Assembly (NCBI GenBank): GCA_029252045.1
Contig: JAQXCD010000004.1
Span: 5,675-69,674 of the forward strand
Direction of reading: 5' to 3'
DNA from: Sulfitobacter sp.
GTDB taxonomy: Bacteria > Pseudomonadota > Alphaproteobacteria > Rhodobacterales > Rhodobacteraceae
DNA length: 64,000 bases
Shown: positions 10,592-22,047 of the stretch, piece by piece
Numbering within the stretch: position 1 is the stretch's first letter
Layout: each line of letters starts with the position of its first letter
Program-made: the position numbers and the translations under genes
The notes under the pieces: model-generated
Databases searched by the model: none
Seen by the model: only the letters and a program-made list of their open reading frames with translations
What the model was told of the DNA's origin: nothing

Positions 10592-11914
10592 ATGAAGTTT
10601 TTGAGCATTTGTTTGGCGCTGGTTTTCGCTGTTGGCTTGACGCAAGGTGCGCAGGCCCAGCTAGGGCCGCTGCGGATCACCATCGAAGAGGGGATCATCC
10701 GGCCTTTGCCTTTCGCCGTTCCCAACTTTCAGGCAGAAACTGGCGAGGCAGGACAGCTTGCTGGTGATCTCGCGCGGGTGATTGCGGCTGATTTGCAGGG
10801 CACAGGCGTGTTCCGCGAAATCCCGAGCTCGGCGTTTATTGCGCAGTACAGTGATTTCAACGCACCAGTCTCGTTCCCTGAATGGAAGGCGATCAATGCA
10901 GAGGCGCTGGTGACAGGTGCCGTGTCGGTGTCGGGCAAGAACGTGAACGTCAAATTCCGCGTCTTTGATGTGGTGTCGGGGACAAACCTTGGCGAAGGCC
11001 TGCAATTCTCTGGTACTACGGACGGCTGGCGCCGGATGGCGCACAAAGTGGCAGATGAGGTGTATTCGCGCATCACCGGCGAAGGCGGGTATTTCGACAG
11101 CCGCGTGGTTTATGTGTCAGAGACCGGCCCCAAGGATGACCGCAAAAAGCGTCTGGCAGTGATGGATTATGACGGTGCCAACGTGCGCTACCTGACCGAC
11201 AGCAGCTCCCTTGTTCTGGCGCCGCGTTTCTCGCCCACCGGCGACCGCGTGCTCTATACCAGCTATGAGAGCGGATTTCCGCGTATCTATGTGCTTGATA
11301 TCGGTTCGGTGCAGCGTCGCGTGCTGCAAAGTGGTGATGGCACGATGAGTTTTGCTCCCCGCTTCTCGCCATCGGGTCAGACCGTTGTGTTTTCGATCAG
11401 TCAGGGCGGCAACACTGATATCTATTCCATGGACATCAACTCGGGCCAGTCGGTACGTTTGACCAATACTCCGGCGATTGAAACCGCGCCCAGCTATAAC
11501 CCAGATGGCAGCCAGATCGTGTTCGAGAGCGACCGCTCCGGCTCGCAACAGCTGTATATCATGTCCGCAGGAGGAGGCGAAGCGCGGCGTATTTCCTTTG
11601 GTGAGGGGCGGTACGGCACGCCCGTCTGGTCGCCGCGCGGTGATCTGGTGGCGTTTACCAAGCAGCATGCAGGCCGTTTCCACATAGGTGTGATGCGCAC
11701 GGATGGCTCGGAAGAGCGGCTGCTCACGGCATCGTTTCTGGACGAAGGCCCGACATGGTCGCCAAATGGCCGCGTGATCATGTTTACGCGTGAAACGCAC
11801 GGCGAAGGTGGGGCGTCGGCGCTCTACTCCGTCGATATTACCGGCCGCGTGTTGCGGCAGGTCCAAACTCAAGAAGGCGGATCTGATCCCAGCTGGTCAC
11901 CGCTCCAGCAGTAG
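10592..11914 (+). CDS. tolB: TolB beta-propeller protein
   Basis: Signal peptide and repeated P(R/S/T)(F/W)SP units. Confidence 0.95.
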   Translation: MKFLSICLALVFAVGLTQGAQAQLGPLRITIEEGIIRPLPFAVPNFQAETGEAGQLAGDLARVIAADLQGTGVFREIPSSAFIAQYSDFNAPVSFPEWKAINAEALVTGAVSVSGKNVNVKFRVFDVVSGTNLGEGLQFSGTTDGWRRMAHKVADEVYSRITGEGGYFDSRVVYVSETGPKDDRKKRLAVMDYDGANVRYLTDSSSLVLAPRFSPTGDRVLYTSYESGFPRIYVLDIGSVQRRVLQSGDGTMSFAPRFSPSGQTVVFSISQGGNTDIYSMDINSGQSVRLTNTPAIETAPSYNPDGSQIVFESDRSGSQQLYIMSAGGGEARRISFGEGRYGTPVWSPRGDLVAFTKQHAGRFHIGVMRTDGSEERLLTASFLDEGPTWSPNGRVIMFTRETHGEGGASALYSVDITGRVLRQVQTQEGGSDPSWSPLQQ

Positions 11915-11986
11915 CCCTTTCCCTGATGCGCCGCGCTGTGGTAGCATCGGGGGAATAACAAAATACCCCATACGAGGTCTCGACAG

Positions 11987-12508
11987 ATGAAATTCCTACC
12001 CATGACCCTTCTGGTTGCAGCTGTTGCGCTGTCGGCCTGTACAAACCCCAACCGCTTTGGTGGTGATGCTGCCGGTTCCGGCAATCCGACAGGCGGCCAG
12101 CCGCTGAACGGTATTGGCGACGGTAGCGCAAATGATCCGACGTCTGCCGCCTATTTCAACCAGACAGTCGGTGACCGCGTCCTGTTTGAAGTAGACCAGT
12201 CCAAGCTGACAGCCTCTGGCCGCGCTACGCTGGACGGGCAGGCCGGCTGGCTGATGACCAACGGTGACTATCAGGCCGTCATCGAAGGCCACGCGGACGA
12301 GCAAGGCACACGCGAGTACAACCTTGCGCTGGGTGCGCGCCGTGCCAATGCCGCGCGCGAATATCTGCTGTCCAAAGGTGTTCCCGCAGGCCGTCTGCGT
12401 GTTGTCAGCTACGGCAAGGAACGCCCGATCGAGATCTGCTCGAACGAGGCATGCTATGCCAAAAACCGCCGCGCTGTGACTGTGCTGGCGGGTGGCCAAA
12501 CCAGCTAA
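11987..12508 (+). CDS. pal: Peptidoglycan-associated lipoprotein Pal
   Basis: Lipobox LSAC; EGHADEQGTREYNLALGARRA; SYGKERP. Confidence 0.95.
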   Translation: MKFLPMTLLVAAVALSACTNPNRFGGDAAGSGNPTGGQPLNGIGDGSANDPTSAAYFNQTVGDRVLFEVDQSKLTASGRATLDGQAGWLMTNGDYQAVIEGHADEQGTREYNLALGARRANAAREYLLSKGVPAGRLRVVSYGKERPIEICSNEACYAKNRRAVTVLAGGQTS

Positions 12509-12521
12509 GGGAGCCAACATC

Positions 12522-13337
12522 ATGCGCTTTGCTTTTATTTTCGCTGTTGTTCTCGGCGCCGTACCCATGGGGGCGGTTGCGCAGGATGCACAGACGCTTG
12601 CGGATATCCGGCAGGAGCTGGGGATACTCAGCGTCGAGATGACCAAGCTCAAGCGCGAGATGTCCACAACAGGGACGGCAGGGGGCGTACAGCTGCCTGC
12701 CTCCGTTCTGGAGCGTGTGAACGCGATGGAGAGCGAGCTGTCGCGCGTCACCTCCAAGACCGAGGAACTTGAGTTCCGGATCAACCGGATTGTCGATGAC
12801 GGTACACGCCGGATTGCCGATCTGGAATTCCGCCTGGTCGAGCTTGAAGGCGGCGATATTTCGGCCTTGGGCACTACATCTACATTGGGCGGTGAAGGTC
12901 AGGCCACAGCGCCTGCGCCGACACCGGCACCACAGACCAACACCAGCCAACTCGCCGTGGGCGAGCAAGACGATTTCAAGCGGGCGCAGGAGGCGCTCGC
13001 ATCCAGTGACTTTCGTGCCGCCGCAGATCAGCTTGAGACCTTCAATCAGACCTACCCGGGTTCTCCAATAGCAGCCGAAGTCGACCTGCTGCGCGGGGAT
13101 GCCTTGGCGGGTTTGGGTGATGTGCGCGAAGCAGCGCGTGCCTATCTGGCAAGCTTTGGTGCGGCCCCGACGGGGTCTAGTGCCGCGGAATCGCTGTTTA
13201 AACTGGGCGCATCATTAGGCGCTTTGGGCCAAAGCTCCGAAGCTTGCGTGACATTGGCGGAAGTTTCCGCACGGTTTCCAGACAATGCGTTTGCAGCGCA
13301 AGCGGAAGCGGAGCGGTCCAAGCTCGGATGCAGCTAG
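12522..13337 (+). CDS. cpoB: Tol-Pal system protein YbgF/CpoB
   Basis: Signal peptide, coiled coil and C-terminal TPRs; directly downstream of pal. Confidence 0.88.
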   Translation: MRFAFIFAVVLGAVPMGAVAQDAQTLADIRQELGILSVEMTKLKREMSTTGTAGGVQLPASVLERVNAMESELSRVTSKTEELEFRINRIVDDGTRRIADLEFRLVELEGGDISALGTTSTLGGEGQATAPAPTPAPQTNTSQLAVGEQDDFKRAQEALASSDFRAAADQLETFNQTYPGSPIAAEVDLLRGDALAGLGDVREAARAYLASFGAAPTGSSAAESLFKLGASLGALGQSSEACVTLAEVSARFPDNAFAAQAEAERSKLGCS

Positions 13338-14596
13338 ACCAAGACTGGCTCATGCAGCAGGGCGAGGATGCCATGCTGTTGCATATTGTTGATACGGCGT
13401 TTTCCAACAACCTTCCCGATCGCATCGGGATTGCAGTGTCGGGCGGCGGTGATAGCGTCGCTTTGCTCCACCTGTTTGCGCGTTGGTCCGCCCAAACGGG
13501 TCACCCGATTTCCGCTGTAACCGTCGATCACCAATTGCGCGACGAGAGCGGCGATGAGGCGCACGGGGTTGCACAATTGTGCAAATCGCTTGGAGTGTCG
13601 CATGATATTTTGACATGGGAGCGACCGGTTGAGGCAGGCAACCTTGCCGCCACAGCGCGGGACGGGAGGTATGCGCTGATGGCGCAGTGGGCGCAGGCCA
13701 ATGGGGTTGGCGGTATCGCTCTGGGCCATACTGCTGATGATAACGCCGAGAATTTTCTGATGCGCTTGGGGCGGTCGGCAGGCATTGACGGGCTGGCCGA
13801 GATGGAGTTCCGGTTTGTCCGACATGGGATCAGCTGGGCGCGACCGCTTTGGCAGCAAGGGCGCGAAGAATTGCGTGAGTATTTGCGGCGCCGTAACGTG
13901 GCGTGGGTGGACGACCCGAGCAATGATGACCCGCGTTATACCCGCACCAAGGTGCGCCGGTTGTTACCGAAGTTGGCGCAGGCAGGGATCACGGTAGATA
14001 ACATTCACCATTCGGCATTTGCGCTGAGGCAGGCACAGGGGGCGCTGGCCCATTATACACGGCAAGAGGCGGCGGCACATGTGCGCCAAGACATGGGTGA
14101 TCTGCTATTTCCGCTGCATATCCACCCGCCAATTCCCGGCGATATCGAGCGGCGTTTGGTGGCGCGGGCGCTGCAATGGGTGGGGTCAAATCCCTATCCG
14201 CCGCGCAAAATGTTTGCGGGCGTTCTGGCGCATGAGTTGGCGCAGCAACAACGAAAGACTGTCGCCGGGTGTCTGATCATTAAGCGCAAAGGGCATTTCC
14301 GGATTATCCGCGAATATAACGCGGTAAAGGATCTCAGCTGCCCGACGGATGCGGTTTGGGACACACGCTGGCGGCTGAACGGTCCGCATGCGGCTGATTT
14401 GCAAGTCCGCGCCCTGGGCGAGGCCGTGACACTGTTGCCGGATTGGCGCAAAATTGGCCTGCCGCGGCCCACACTTATGGCTTCTCCGGCGGTTTGGAGG
14501 GGTGAAAACCTCGTTGCGGCGCCTGTTGCTGGATACAATGCCGACTGGACGGCACAGATCGTCGCAGATTTCGCTTCATTCCTGCTTTCGCATTGA
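13328..14596 (+). CDS. tilS: tRNA(Ile)-lysidine synthetase
   Basis: AVSGGGDS, VDHQLR, LGHTADD, RPL and WVDDPSN motifs; sits between cpoB and ftsH. Confidence 0.92.
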   Translation: MQLDQDWLMQQGEDAMLLHIVDTAFSNNLPDRIGIAVSGGGDSVALLHLFARWSAQTGHPISAVTVDHQLRDESGDEAHGVAQLCKSLGVSHDILTWERPVEAGNLAATARDGRYALMAQWAQANGVGGIALGHTADDNAENFLMRLGRSAGIDGLAEMEFRFVRHGISWARPLWQQGREELREYLRRRNVAWVDDPSNDDPRYTRTKVRRLLPKLAQAGITVDNIHHSAFALRQAQGALAHYTRQEAAAHVRQDMGDLLFPLHIHPPIPGDIERRLVARALQWVGSNPYPPRKMFAGVLAHELAQQQRKTVAGCLIIKRKGHFRIIREYNAVKDLSCPTDAVWDTRWRLNGPHAADLQVRALGEAVTLLPDWRKIGLPRPTLMASPAVWRGENLVAAPVAGYNADWTAQIVADFASFLLSH

Positions 14597-14674
14597 ACAA
14601 ATCGCGTCAGTCTCTATCTTAGTAGAGTAGCCGGAGGAGGACCTTTCGGCTGAGATGTATTCAGGAGAGTTTCC

Positions 14675-16600
14675 TTGGGCAATTTTCGCAATCTTGCATT
14701 CTGGGCCGTATTGCTGGTTCTCGTTTTTTCGTTGTTCAATTTGTTCAACGGTGGCGGCGCTGGCAGTGGCATGCAGAGCCGTGAGATCAGCTATTCCGAT
14801 TTCATAGCATCTGTCGAGAACGGCAATGTGAGCAATGTCACCCTAGACGGCGAGCAGGTTCGCTTTCGCCAGTCTGACGGTTCCGACTATGTGACAATCA
14901 AACCGTTCGATGCCGAAGTGACAAAGCTTCTGACCGATAACGACATCCCTTTCCGCGCGGAGAGCCAGCAGGAAAGCGGTTTGCAGACATTCCTTGTCTC
15001 GCTGCTTCCTATCCTGCTGCTGATCGGTGTGTGGATCTACTTCATGAACCGCATGCAGGGTGGCGGCAAAGGTGGCGCAATGGGCTTTGGTAAGTCCAAG
15101 GCCAAGATGCTGACCGAAAAGCATGGCCGGGTGACGTTTGACGACGTGGCGGGCATTGATGAAGCCAAGGAAGAGCTGGAAGAGATCGTCGAATTCCTGC
15201 GCAACCCGCAGAAGTTCAGCCGTCTTGGTGGCAAAATCCCCAAAGGTGCGCTGCTTGAGGGCCCTCCCGGTACTGGTAAAACACTGCTGGCGCGTGCGAT
15301 TGCGGGTGAGGCGGGTGTGCCGTTCTTCACCATCTCGGGCTCCGACTTTGTCGAGATGTTTGTCGGTGTGGGTGCAAGCCGTGTGCGCGGCATGTTCGAG
15401 CAGGCCAAGAAAAACGCGCCTTGCATCGTGTTTATCGACGAGATTGACGCCGTGGGTCGTTCACGCGGTGCCGGTTACGGTGGCGGCAACGACGAGCGTG
15501 AACAGACGCTCAACCAGCTTCTGGTCGAGATGGACGGTTTTGAAGCTAATGAGGGCGTGATCATCATTGCGGCAACCAACCGTAAGGACGTTCTTGACCC
15601 TGCGCTGCTGCGCCCGGGCCGTTTTGACCGTCAGGTAACTGTCGGCAATCCCGATATCAAAGGCCGCGAGAAGATTTTGGGTGTGCATGCACGCAAAACA
15701 CCCCTGGGCCCTGATGTTGATCTGCGTATCATTGCGCGCGGTACACCGGGTTTCTCCGGCGCGGACCTTGCGAACCTTGTAAACGAGGCGGCGCTGACTG
15801 CCGCGCGTCTGGGCCGTCGCTTTGTCGCCATGCTCGATTTCGAGAGCGCCAAAGACAAGATCATGATGGGCGCCGAGCGCCGCTCGATGGTTCTGACGCA
15901 GGACCAGAAAGAAAAGACAGCCTACCACGAAGCGGGCCACGCGATTGTGGGCATCAAGCTGCCGAAATGTGACCCGGTGTACAAAGCCACGATCATTCCA
16001 CGCGGTGGTGCATTGGGTATGGTGATGAGCCTGCCTGAAATGGACAAGTTGCAGATGTTCAAAGATGAAGCAGAGCAGCGGATCGCCATGACTATGGCGG
16101 GCAAGGCGGCTGAAATCTTCAAATACGGCGCGGATTCCGTGTCTTCCGGTCCGGTTGGCGACATCATGCAAGCTAGTGCGTTGGCGCGTGCCATGGTGAT
16201 GCGCTACGGCATGTCCGACAAGGTCGGCAACATCGACTATCAGGAAGCGGCGGCAGGCTATCAGGCCAATGGCGGGGCAGGTGGCTTTAGCGTCTCAGCC
16301 GCCACCAAGGAACTGATCGAATCCGAAGTGAAGCGTATCATCGACGAAGGTTATGCGCTTGCCTACAAGCTGATCGAGGACAACGCAGAAGAGTTCGAGC
16401 GTCTCGCACAGGGGCTGCTTGAGTATGAAACCCTGACGGGCGACGAGATCAAGCGCGTGATGGCGGGTAACCTGCCAAGCGAGCCTGACGAGGATGACAC
16501 GCCTGACAGTGGTTCTGCGCCCAGCGTGACAGCAATCCCGAAGGCCAAGGGCAAAAAGACGCCGCCCGCCGGCGGGATGGAGCCTGAGCCTTCTGCCTGA
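14675..16600 (+). CDS. ftsH: ATP-dependent zinc metalloprotease FtsH
   Basis: [21 protein letters not shown]...[13 protein letters not shown] and HEAGH motifs; TTG start. Confidence 0.97.
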   Translation: MGNFRNLAFWAVLLVLVFSLFNLFNGGGAGSGMQSREISYSDFIASVENGNVSNVTLDGEQVRFRQSDGSDYVTIKPFDAEVTKLLTDNDIPFRAESQQESGLQTFLVSLLPILLLIGVWIYFMNRMQGGGKGGAMGFGKSKAKMLTEKHGRVTFDDVAGIDEAKEELEEIVEFLRNPQKFSRLGGKIPKGALLEGPPGTGKTLLARAIAGEAGVPFFTISGSDFVEMFVGVGASRVRGMFEQAKKNAPCIVFIDEIDAVGRSRGAGYGGGNDEREQTLNQLLVEMDGFEANEGVIIIAATNRKDVLDPALLRPGRFDRQVTVGNPDIKGREKILGVHARKTPLGPDVDLRIIARGTPGFSGADLANLVNEAALTAARLGRRFVAMLDFESAKDKIMMGAERRSMVLTQDQKEKTAYHEAGHAIVGIKLPKCDPVYKATIIPRGGALGMVMSLPEMDKLQMFKDEAEQRIAMTMAGKAAEIFKYGADSVSSGPVGDIMQASALARAMVMRYGMSDKVGNIDYQEAAAGYQANGGAGGFSVSAATKELIESEVKRIIDEGYALAYKLIEDNAEEFERLAQGLLEYETLTGDEIKRVMAGNLPSEPDEDDTPDSGSAPSVTAIPKAKGKKTPPAGGMEPEPSA

Positions 16601-16635
16601 TCACATCATCTGAAACGGACACAACAAAAGTTCAT

Positions 16636-16666
16636 AGGCCCCGCACTGCGCGGGGCCTTTTCTTTT
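16636..16666 (+). terminator. Intrinsic terminator after ftsH
   Basis: AGGCCCCGC-actgc-GCGGGGCCT hairpin followed by TTTCTTTT. Confidence 0.8.
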
Positions 16667-16707
16667 GTGGGCGGCACGATCACACTGCCAGAAAAAGGAA
16701 GCCTGAC

Positions 16708-17268
16708 ATGCCCGCATTGATCCCCACCGACCATTACGCAACCATCACATGGTTGGGGGTTGTGCCGGACCGTGCTGCGGGCCTGAAAGCTGTCCCGCGC
16801 GAGGTGCTGGCCTTGGGGTTTGACGGACCCGAGGGCGAAGACCACGGCGGACTAACGCGCCCTTCTTGCAGTCGTGTGTTGTCACAATATCCGCGCGACA
16901 CGGTGATCCGGAACACCCGCCAGCTGTGCGTGATGAGCGCGGAGGAGCTGACTGCCATTGCTGCCGCTATGGGAGTTGATGCGCTGGACCCCAGCTATAT
17001 GAGCGCCACTGTGGTGATTGAGGGCATTGCCGATTTCACCCATGTGCCGCCGTCCTCCCGCCTTCAAGCGGCATCAGGTGCGACGATTGTCGTTGATATG
17101 GAAAACCGCCCCTGCATGTTGCCCGCCCGCGAGATCGAGGCGGACATGCCCGGTGTTGGAAAAGCGATCAAAGGCGCTGCAAAAGGCCGCCGCGGCGTGA
17201 CAGCATGGGTCGAGCGGGAAGGTGTGTTCACACTGGGTGAGCGGCTGCGGCTACATATCCCCGACTAG
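16708..17268 (+). CDS. MOSC domain protein, probably slightly C-terminally truncated
   Basis: GEDHGG, RNTRQL and ENRPC motifs. The frame continues after the TAG as RPWAP, resembling the family tail DQRxW. Confidence 0.8.
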   Translation: MPALIPTDHYATITWLGVVPDRAAGLKAVPREVLALGFDGPEGEDHGGLTRPSCSRVLSQYPRDTVIRNTRQLCVMSAEELTAIAAAMGVDALDPSYMSATVVIEGIADFTHVPPSSRLQAASGATIVVDMENRPCMLPAREIEADMPGVGKAIKGAAKGRRGVTAWVEREGVFTLGERLRLHIPD

Positions 17269-17291
17269 CGGCCATGGGCGCCTGCGATGAT

Positions 17292-17900
17292 CTAGGTGCG
17301 GCCTGCGGCCTCCAGCAGATCAAGCGACTTTGCAACATCTGTCAGGTTCAGCTTGGCAATCTCCTCTGGCGTCAGCGTCCACCACTGGGTCGCCAGCAGG
17401 CGGACCACTGTCTCCTCGTCAAAACGGTATCTGATCAATTTGGCAGGGGTGCCCCCGACGATGGCATAGGGGGCGACATCCTTGGTCACCACCGCGCCAC
17501 CGCCAATGATCGCACCATGCCCGATGGTCACACCCGCCGAGATGATGCACTGCGAGCCGATCCAGACGTCGGACCCGATGGTAGTGGGTTTGTACTGGTC
17601 AAAGGCGGATTGGGGAAAGATATCATCCTCGTTGCGAAAGTGGCGTTTGGCGGCAAAGGCGACGGGGCTGCTGGTGAGCCAGTCGACGGGGTGCATCGGC
17701 GCGCCGATCTCGCAGGCTTTCCCGATTGAGCAATAGCGCCCCACAGTTGTGTTGCGAAAGAATGTGGTGCCATCATTTACAAAGGTGAACTGGCCAATCT
17801 CGCTGTAGTCCCGCACGGTACAAGCACGGCACAGGCGCACGGGTGCCTCCAGTTTGGCGTTTTTGGCAACCGAAGACTTGCTAGGGATGTAGTTTTTCAT
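17292..17900 (-). CDS. CatB/Vat-related hexapeptide-repeat O-acetyltransferase
   Basis: VGRYCSIG, TTIGSDVWIG, IGHGAIIGGGAVVTKDVAPYAIVGGTPAKLIRYRF and WW motifs. Confidence 0.85.
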   Translation of the reverse strand: MKNYIPSKSSVAKNAKLEAPVRLCRACTVRDYSEIGQFTFVNDGTTFFRNTTVGRYCSIGKACEIGAPMHPVDWLTSSPVAFAAKRHFRNEDDIFPQSAFDQYKPTTIGSDVWIGSQCIISAGVTIGHGAIIGGGAVVTKDVAPYAIVGGTPAKLIRYRFDEETVVRLLATQWWTLTPEEIAKLNLTDVAKSLDLLEAAGRT

Positions 17901-18146
17901 GGCTGCCCTTCCGGAGCAAAAGGCAGTGGGTTGACTGCTGGCACCCCTGCAACCTGCCAAACAATGGAGGCTGATTCAATTTTAAAAGCCATAGGTCAGA
18001 CATACGGCAGGTTTCATAAAAGAAACCCTACTGCGACCTGACGCCGCAACGCGGGCTGGAAATGTCGTAATCCATACCTGTCAACGCGAGATGCCCTTGT
18101 ATCAATTCCTCAGAATCTGCCGAACCGGCTCAGAATGGGGAATACC

Positions 18147-19823
18147 ATGGCTTTTAAAACTGACATCCAAATCGCGCGTGAAGCGAAAAAGAAACCCATT
18201 CAGGAGATCGGCGCAAAGCTGGGTATCTCCAGCGATGATCTGCTGCCCTACGGCCACGACAAGGCAAAAATCAGCCAGAGCTTTATCAACTCGGTTCAGG
18301 ACCGCAAAGACGGCAAGCTGATCCTTGTGACAGCGATCAACCCGACGCCTGCGGGCGAAGGCAAGACCACCACAACGGTTGGTCTGGGTGACGGTCTGAA
18401 CCGTATCGGCAAGAACGCCGCTGTTTGTATTCGCGAAGCATCTCTGGGACCAAACTTCGGCATGAAGGGTGGTGCTGCTGGCGGTGGCTATGCCCAGATC
18501 GTTCCAATGGAAGAGATGAACCTGCACTTTACAGGCGACTTCCACGCGATCACTTCCGCGCACAACCTGTTGTCCGCGATGATCGATAACCACATCTATT
18601 GGGGCAACGAGCTGGAGATCGACATCCGCCGTGTTGTCTGGCGCCGCGTGGTCGACATGAACGACCGCGCATTGCGCCAGATCACCGCGAGCTTGGGCGG
18701 CGTATCCAACGGCTTCCCGCGTGAAACCGGTTTCGACATCACAGTGGCCTCCGAAGTGATGGCGATCCTGTGCCTGTCCAAGAACCTTGAGGATCTGCAA
18801 GCGAAGCTTGGCTCGATGATTGTGGCCTACCGCCGTGACAAGACACCAGTCTATTGCCGGGACATCAAGGCTGATGGCGCGATGACTGTTCTGCTGAAAG
18901 ACGCAATGCAGCCGAACCTTGTTCAGACGCTGGAAAACAACCCTGCTTTTGTCCACGGTGGCCCATTTGCCAACATCGCACACGGCTGTAACTCGGTTAT
19001 TGCCACAACAACTGCGCTGAAACTGGCGGATTATGTTGTGACAGAAGCGGGCTTTGGTGCCGATCTGGGTGCCGAGAAGTTCATGAACATCAAATGCCGC
19101 AAAGCAGGTCTTGCGCCTTCCGTTGTGGTTGTTGTGGCGACAGTGCGTGCGATGAAGATGAACGGTGGCGTGTCCAAGGCCGATCTGGGAACAGAGAATG
19201 TTGCCGCCGTCCAGAAGGGCTGTGCCAACCTCGGCCGTCACGTCGAGAACGTGAAGTCCTTTGGGGTGCCTGTTGTTGTCGCGATCAACCACTTCGTGAC
19301 GGACACAGACGCCGAAGTTCAGGCGATCAAGGACTATGTGGCCAAGCAGGGTGCGGAAGCAGTCCTGTCGCGTCACTGGGAACTGGGCTCGGAAGGGTCT
19401 GCGGAACTGGCGACCCGTGTGGCGGAAATTGCGGATGCAGGCAAAGCCAACTTCGCACCGCTCTATCCTGACGAGATGCCGTTGTTCCAGAAGATTGAAG
19501 CTGTCGCCAAGCGCATCTACCGCGCGGATGAAGTGCTGGCGGATCAGAAAATCCGCAACCAGCTGAAGGAATGGGAAGAGCAGGGCTATGGCAATCTGCC
19601 GGTCTGCATGGCGAAAACCCAGTACAGCTTTACCACTGATCCAGACCGTCGTGGCGCGCCTGTAGGCTTCTCCGTGCCTGTGCGTGAAGTACGTCTGTCA
19701 GCGGGTGCCGGTTTTGTTGTGGTTATCTGCGGTGAGATCATGACCATGCCCGGTCTGCCACGTGTGCCTTCCGCCGAGAACATCAAGCTGAACGCAGACG
19801 GTGACGTCGAAGGTTTGTTCTGA
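18147..19823 (+). CDS. fhs: Formate--tetrahydrofolate ligase
   Basis: [36 protein letters not shown] and MTMPGLP motifs. Confidence 0.97.
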   Translation: MAFKTDIQIAREAKKKPIQEIGAKLGISSDDLLPYGHDKAKISQSFINSVQDRKDGKLILVTAINPTPAGEGKTTTTVGLGDGLNRIGKNAAVCIREASLGPNFGMKGGAAGGGYAQIVPMEEMNLHFTGDFHAITSAHNLLSAMIDNHIYWGNELEIDIRRVVWRRVVDMNDRALRQITASLGGVSNGFPRETGFDITVASEVMAILCLSKNLEDLQAKLGSMIVAYRRDKTPVYCRDIKADGAMTVLLKDAMQPNLVQTLENNPAFVHGGPFANIAHGCNSVIATTTALKLADYVVTEAGFGADLGAEKFMNIKCRKAGLAPSVVVVVATVRAMKMNGGVSKADLGTENVAAVQKGCANLGRHVENVKSFGVPVVVAINHFVTDTDAEVQAIKDYVAKQGAEAVLSRHWELGSEGSAELATRVAEIADAGKANFAPLYPDEMPLFQKIEAVAKRIYRADEVLADQKIRNQLKEWEEQGYGNLPVCMAKTQYSFTTDPDRRGAPVGFSVPVREVRLSAGAGFVVVICGEIMTMPGLPRVPSAENIKLNADGDVEGLF

Positions 19824-19838
19824 CATTTTGAGACGAAG

Positions 19839-19875
19839 AAAGCGGGGCGGAGGGATAGACCCTCCGCCCCGCTTT
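19839..19875. terminator. Strong hairpin terminator after fhs
   Basis: Perfect 16-bp stem AAAGCGGGGCGGAGGG / CCCTCCGCCCCGCTTT with a 5-nt loop. Confidence 0.7.
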
Positions 19876-19928
19876 GGCCTGACGGCCATGAGTTTATAGG
19901 CACAATAAAGAAAAGGGGCGCGGGGCGT

Positions 19929-20831
19929 ATGGCTGCGACAATTATTGACGGTAAGGAATTTGCGGCGCGGGTGCGGGCGCAAGTTGCGACGCATGTGACA
20001 CATCTGAAAGCGGAACACGGGATTACGCCGGGGCTGGCGGTTGTGCTGGTTGGTGAAGACCCTGCCTCACAGGTTTATGTGCGCTCCAAGGGTAAAATGA
20101 CTGTCGAAGTTGGCATGAAATCGGTTGAGCATAAACTGGATGTTGAGACACCCGAGGCCGAGTTACTGGCACTGATTGACCAGTTGAACAATGATCCTGA
20201 AATTCATGGTATTCTGGTGCAGTTGCCGTTGCCCAAACATCTGAACGAAGATTTGGTAATCAACTCGATCGATCCGGCCAAGGATGTGGATGGGTTCCAT
20301 ATCTCGAACGTCGGGCTGTTGGGCACCGGCCAAAAGAGCATGGTGCCTTGTACCCCGCTGGGTTGTTTGATGATGTTGCGCGACCACCACGGGTCTATTT
20401 CTGGTATGAATGCGGTTGTAATCGGGCGCTCGAACATCGTCGGCAAGCCCATGGCGCAGTTGCTGTTAAACGACAGTGCAACAGTCACAATCGCGCACAG
20501 CCGGACCAAGGATTTGGCCGATGTTGTGCGTCGCGCAGATATTGTGGTTGCGGCTGTTGGCCGTCCCGAGATGGTGCCCGGCGACTGGATCAAGCCGGGG
20601 GCCACTGTGATTGACGTTGGCATCAACCGTCTGGACGCACCTGAGAAGGGTGAGGGCAAGACCAAGTTGGTAGGTGATGTGCACTATGACAGCTGTGCTG
20701 CGGTGGCAGGGGCGATTACGCCTGTGCCGGGTGGTGTAGGGCCGATGACGATCGCGTGTCTTTTGGCCAACACTGTCACCGCTTGCTGCCGTGCAAATGG
20801 TCTGGCCGAGCCCGAGGGCCTAACCGCCTGA
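19929..20831 (+). CDS. folD: Methylene-THF dehydrogenase/cyclohydrolase
   Basis: [31 protein letters not shown] and [11 protein letters not shown] motifs. Confidence 0.97.
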   Translation: MAATIIDGKEFAARVRAQVATHVTHLKAEHGITPGLAVVLVGEDPASQVYVRSKGKMTVEVGMKSVEHKLDVETPEAELLALIDQLNNDPEIHGILVQLPLPKHLNEDLVINSIDPAKDVDGFHISNVGLLGTGQKSMVPCTPLGCLMMLRDHHGSISGMNAVVIGRSNIVGKPMAQLLLNDSATVTIAHSRTKDLADVVRRADIVVAAVGRPEMVPGDWIKPGATVIDVGINRLDAPEKGEGKTKLVGDVHYDSCAAVAGAITPVPGGVGPMTIACLLANTVTACCRANGLAEPEGLTA

Positions 20832-21217
20832 GACGACCTGAAACATGATACGGCCTGGCAGGAATGTGAAAGCGCCAGCCACAATCAAGGCCCCGAACAC
20901 AAGCGCCGTCATGCGGCGCTTGTGCTGTTTAAGCGGTGGCTGCGGGCATGGCCGACACCAACCACCAGCGACCAAAGTGTAAACGCCGAGAGCAGATGGA
21001 TGGGGCTGAACGGTCCGACCATTCGAATTTCGTGAATGCCAAAACTGCTGAGGGCGACGATAGCCATCATAATGACCCATGCCCATCCCATCACCCTGTG
21101 CAGCGGGCTGCCTTTGCGTATGGCGAATATACCGACGGTCAGGAGCACCGCGCCAAGGGCAAGGACTGTATGGATCTGGATCACCAGGAATGCTTTTGCG
21201 AGTGGTGCGAGGGTCAT
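20820..21217 (-). pseudogene. DUF2306 membrane protein, frameshifted
   Basis: The N-terminal part (KGSPLHRVMGW...FSPIHLLS) stops at 20909. The C-terminal part (QHKRRMTALVFGALIVAGAFTFLPGRIM) is in another frame ending at 20820. One extra base in the T-run at 20928-20930 rejoins them. Confidence 0.75.
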
Positions 21218-21309
21218 GGGGCGTCTCCTTGTTTTTATGTTGGCATGTCATGCCAAGCTGTGGGGAAACGGGCCAGATAGATTGCGTAGGTGCGCCGTAC
21301 TCTTCGTGA

Positions 21310-22047
21310 ATGACAAGGAAATCCGTGGCGATGGAGTTCACGCTTCGTGAAATATCCAAGTTGCGCATAGCTCTGCTGATCTGGGTGACGCTATCAGTTG
21401 TTGCAGCAGTGGCCGGTCCTTTTGGGACGCTCGAGGCGATGGGGCTTGGGGGGCGTTTGGTGTATTGGAGCGGCGTTGTCGGTGTATCCATCGGGTTGAA
21501 CACGGGAGCAAACGGGCTTGCAGAAGGGCGGAGTTTGATTGTCAGAGCCGGGATCGGTGTCGGCTTTGTCTTGCTGTTGTCGACTGGGTTTCACGTCCTG
21601 AACAGTTTGCTCTTTGACATCTGGGATGGCTTTGCGGACTGGGCTTATTTGACGGCGATTGTTGGTTTGGTGACCGCGGCAGTGCATTAGGTCATCTGGG
21701 GTGTTAGGCCGCATGTGCCGGTAGATACGGACGGGCCAAGAGAGGCCTTCCAGCGCCGACTGCCGTTTGAGGTGCGGGCGCCGTTGATCCGGATCGAGGC
21801 ACAGGATCATTACCTGAATGTTGTGACCCAGAAGGGCAACGCACTGATTTTGATGCGCCTCAGTGATGCGGCTGCTGAGCTTGAAGGGCAGGGCATGCAA
21901 GTTCACCGTTCGCACTGGATTGCCCAAAAGGCTGTGACCAAGCCACGCCGCGAAAAAGGGCGCGATATGTTGGTCATGTCCGATGGGGCAGCCGTCCCCG
22001 TCAGCCGCAGCTACCGCGCGGCGGCGCAGCAAGCAGGGTTCCTCTAG
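21310..22047 (+). pseudogene. Membrane-anchored LytTR DNA-binding protein with an internal stop
   Basis: The TM region (21310-21690) and the LytTR domain (EAQDHY, VHRSHW, VPVSRSY; 21715-22047) are in the same frame, separated by TAG at 21688-21690. Confidence 0.8.

Noticed and set aside
17901-18146. Possible folate/ZTP riboswitch upstream of fhs
   Set aside because: Only a small GGTTTC/GAAACC hairpin is visible and I could not match the conserved riboswitch cores. An Rfam scan would settle it.
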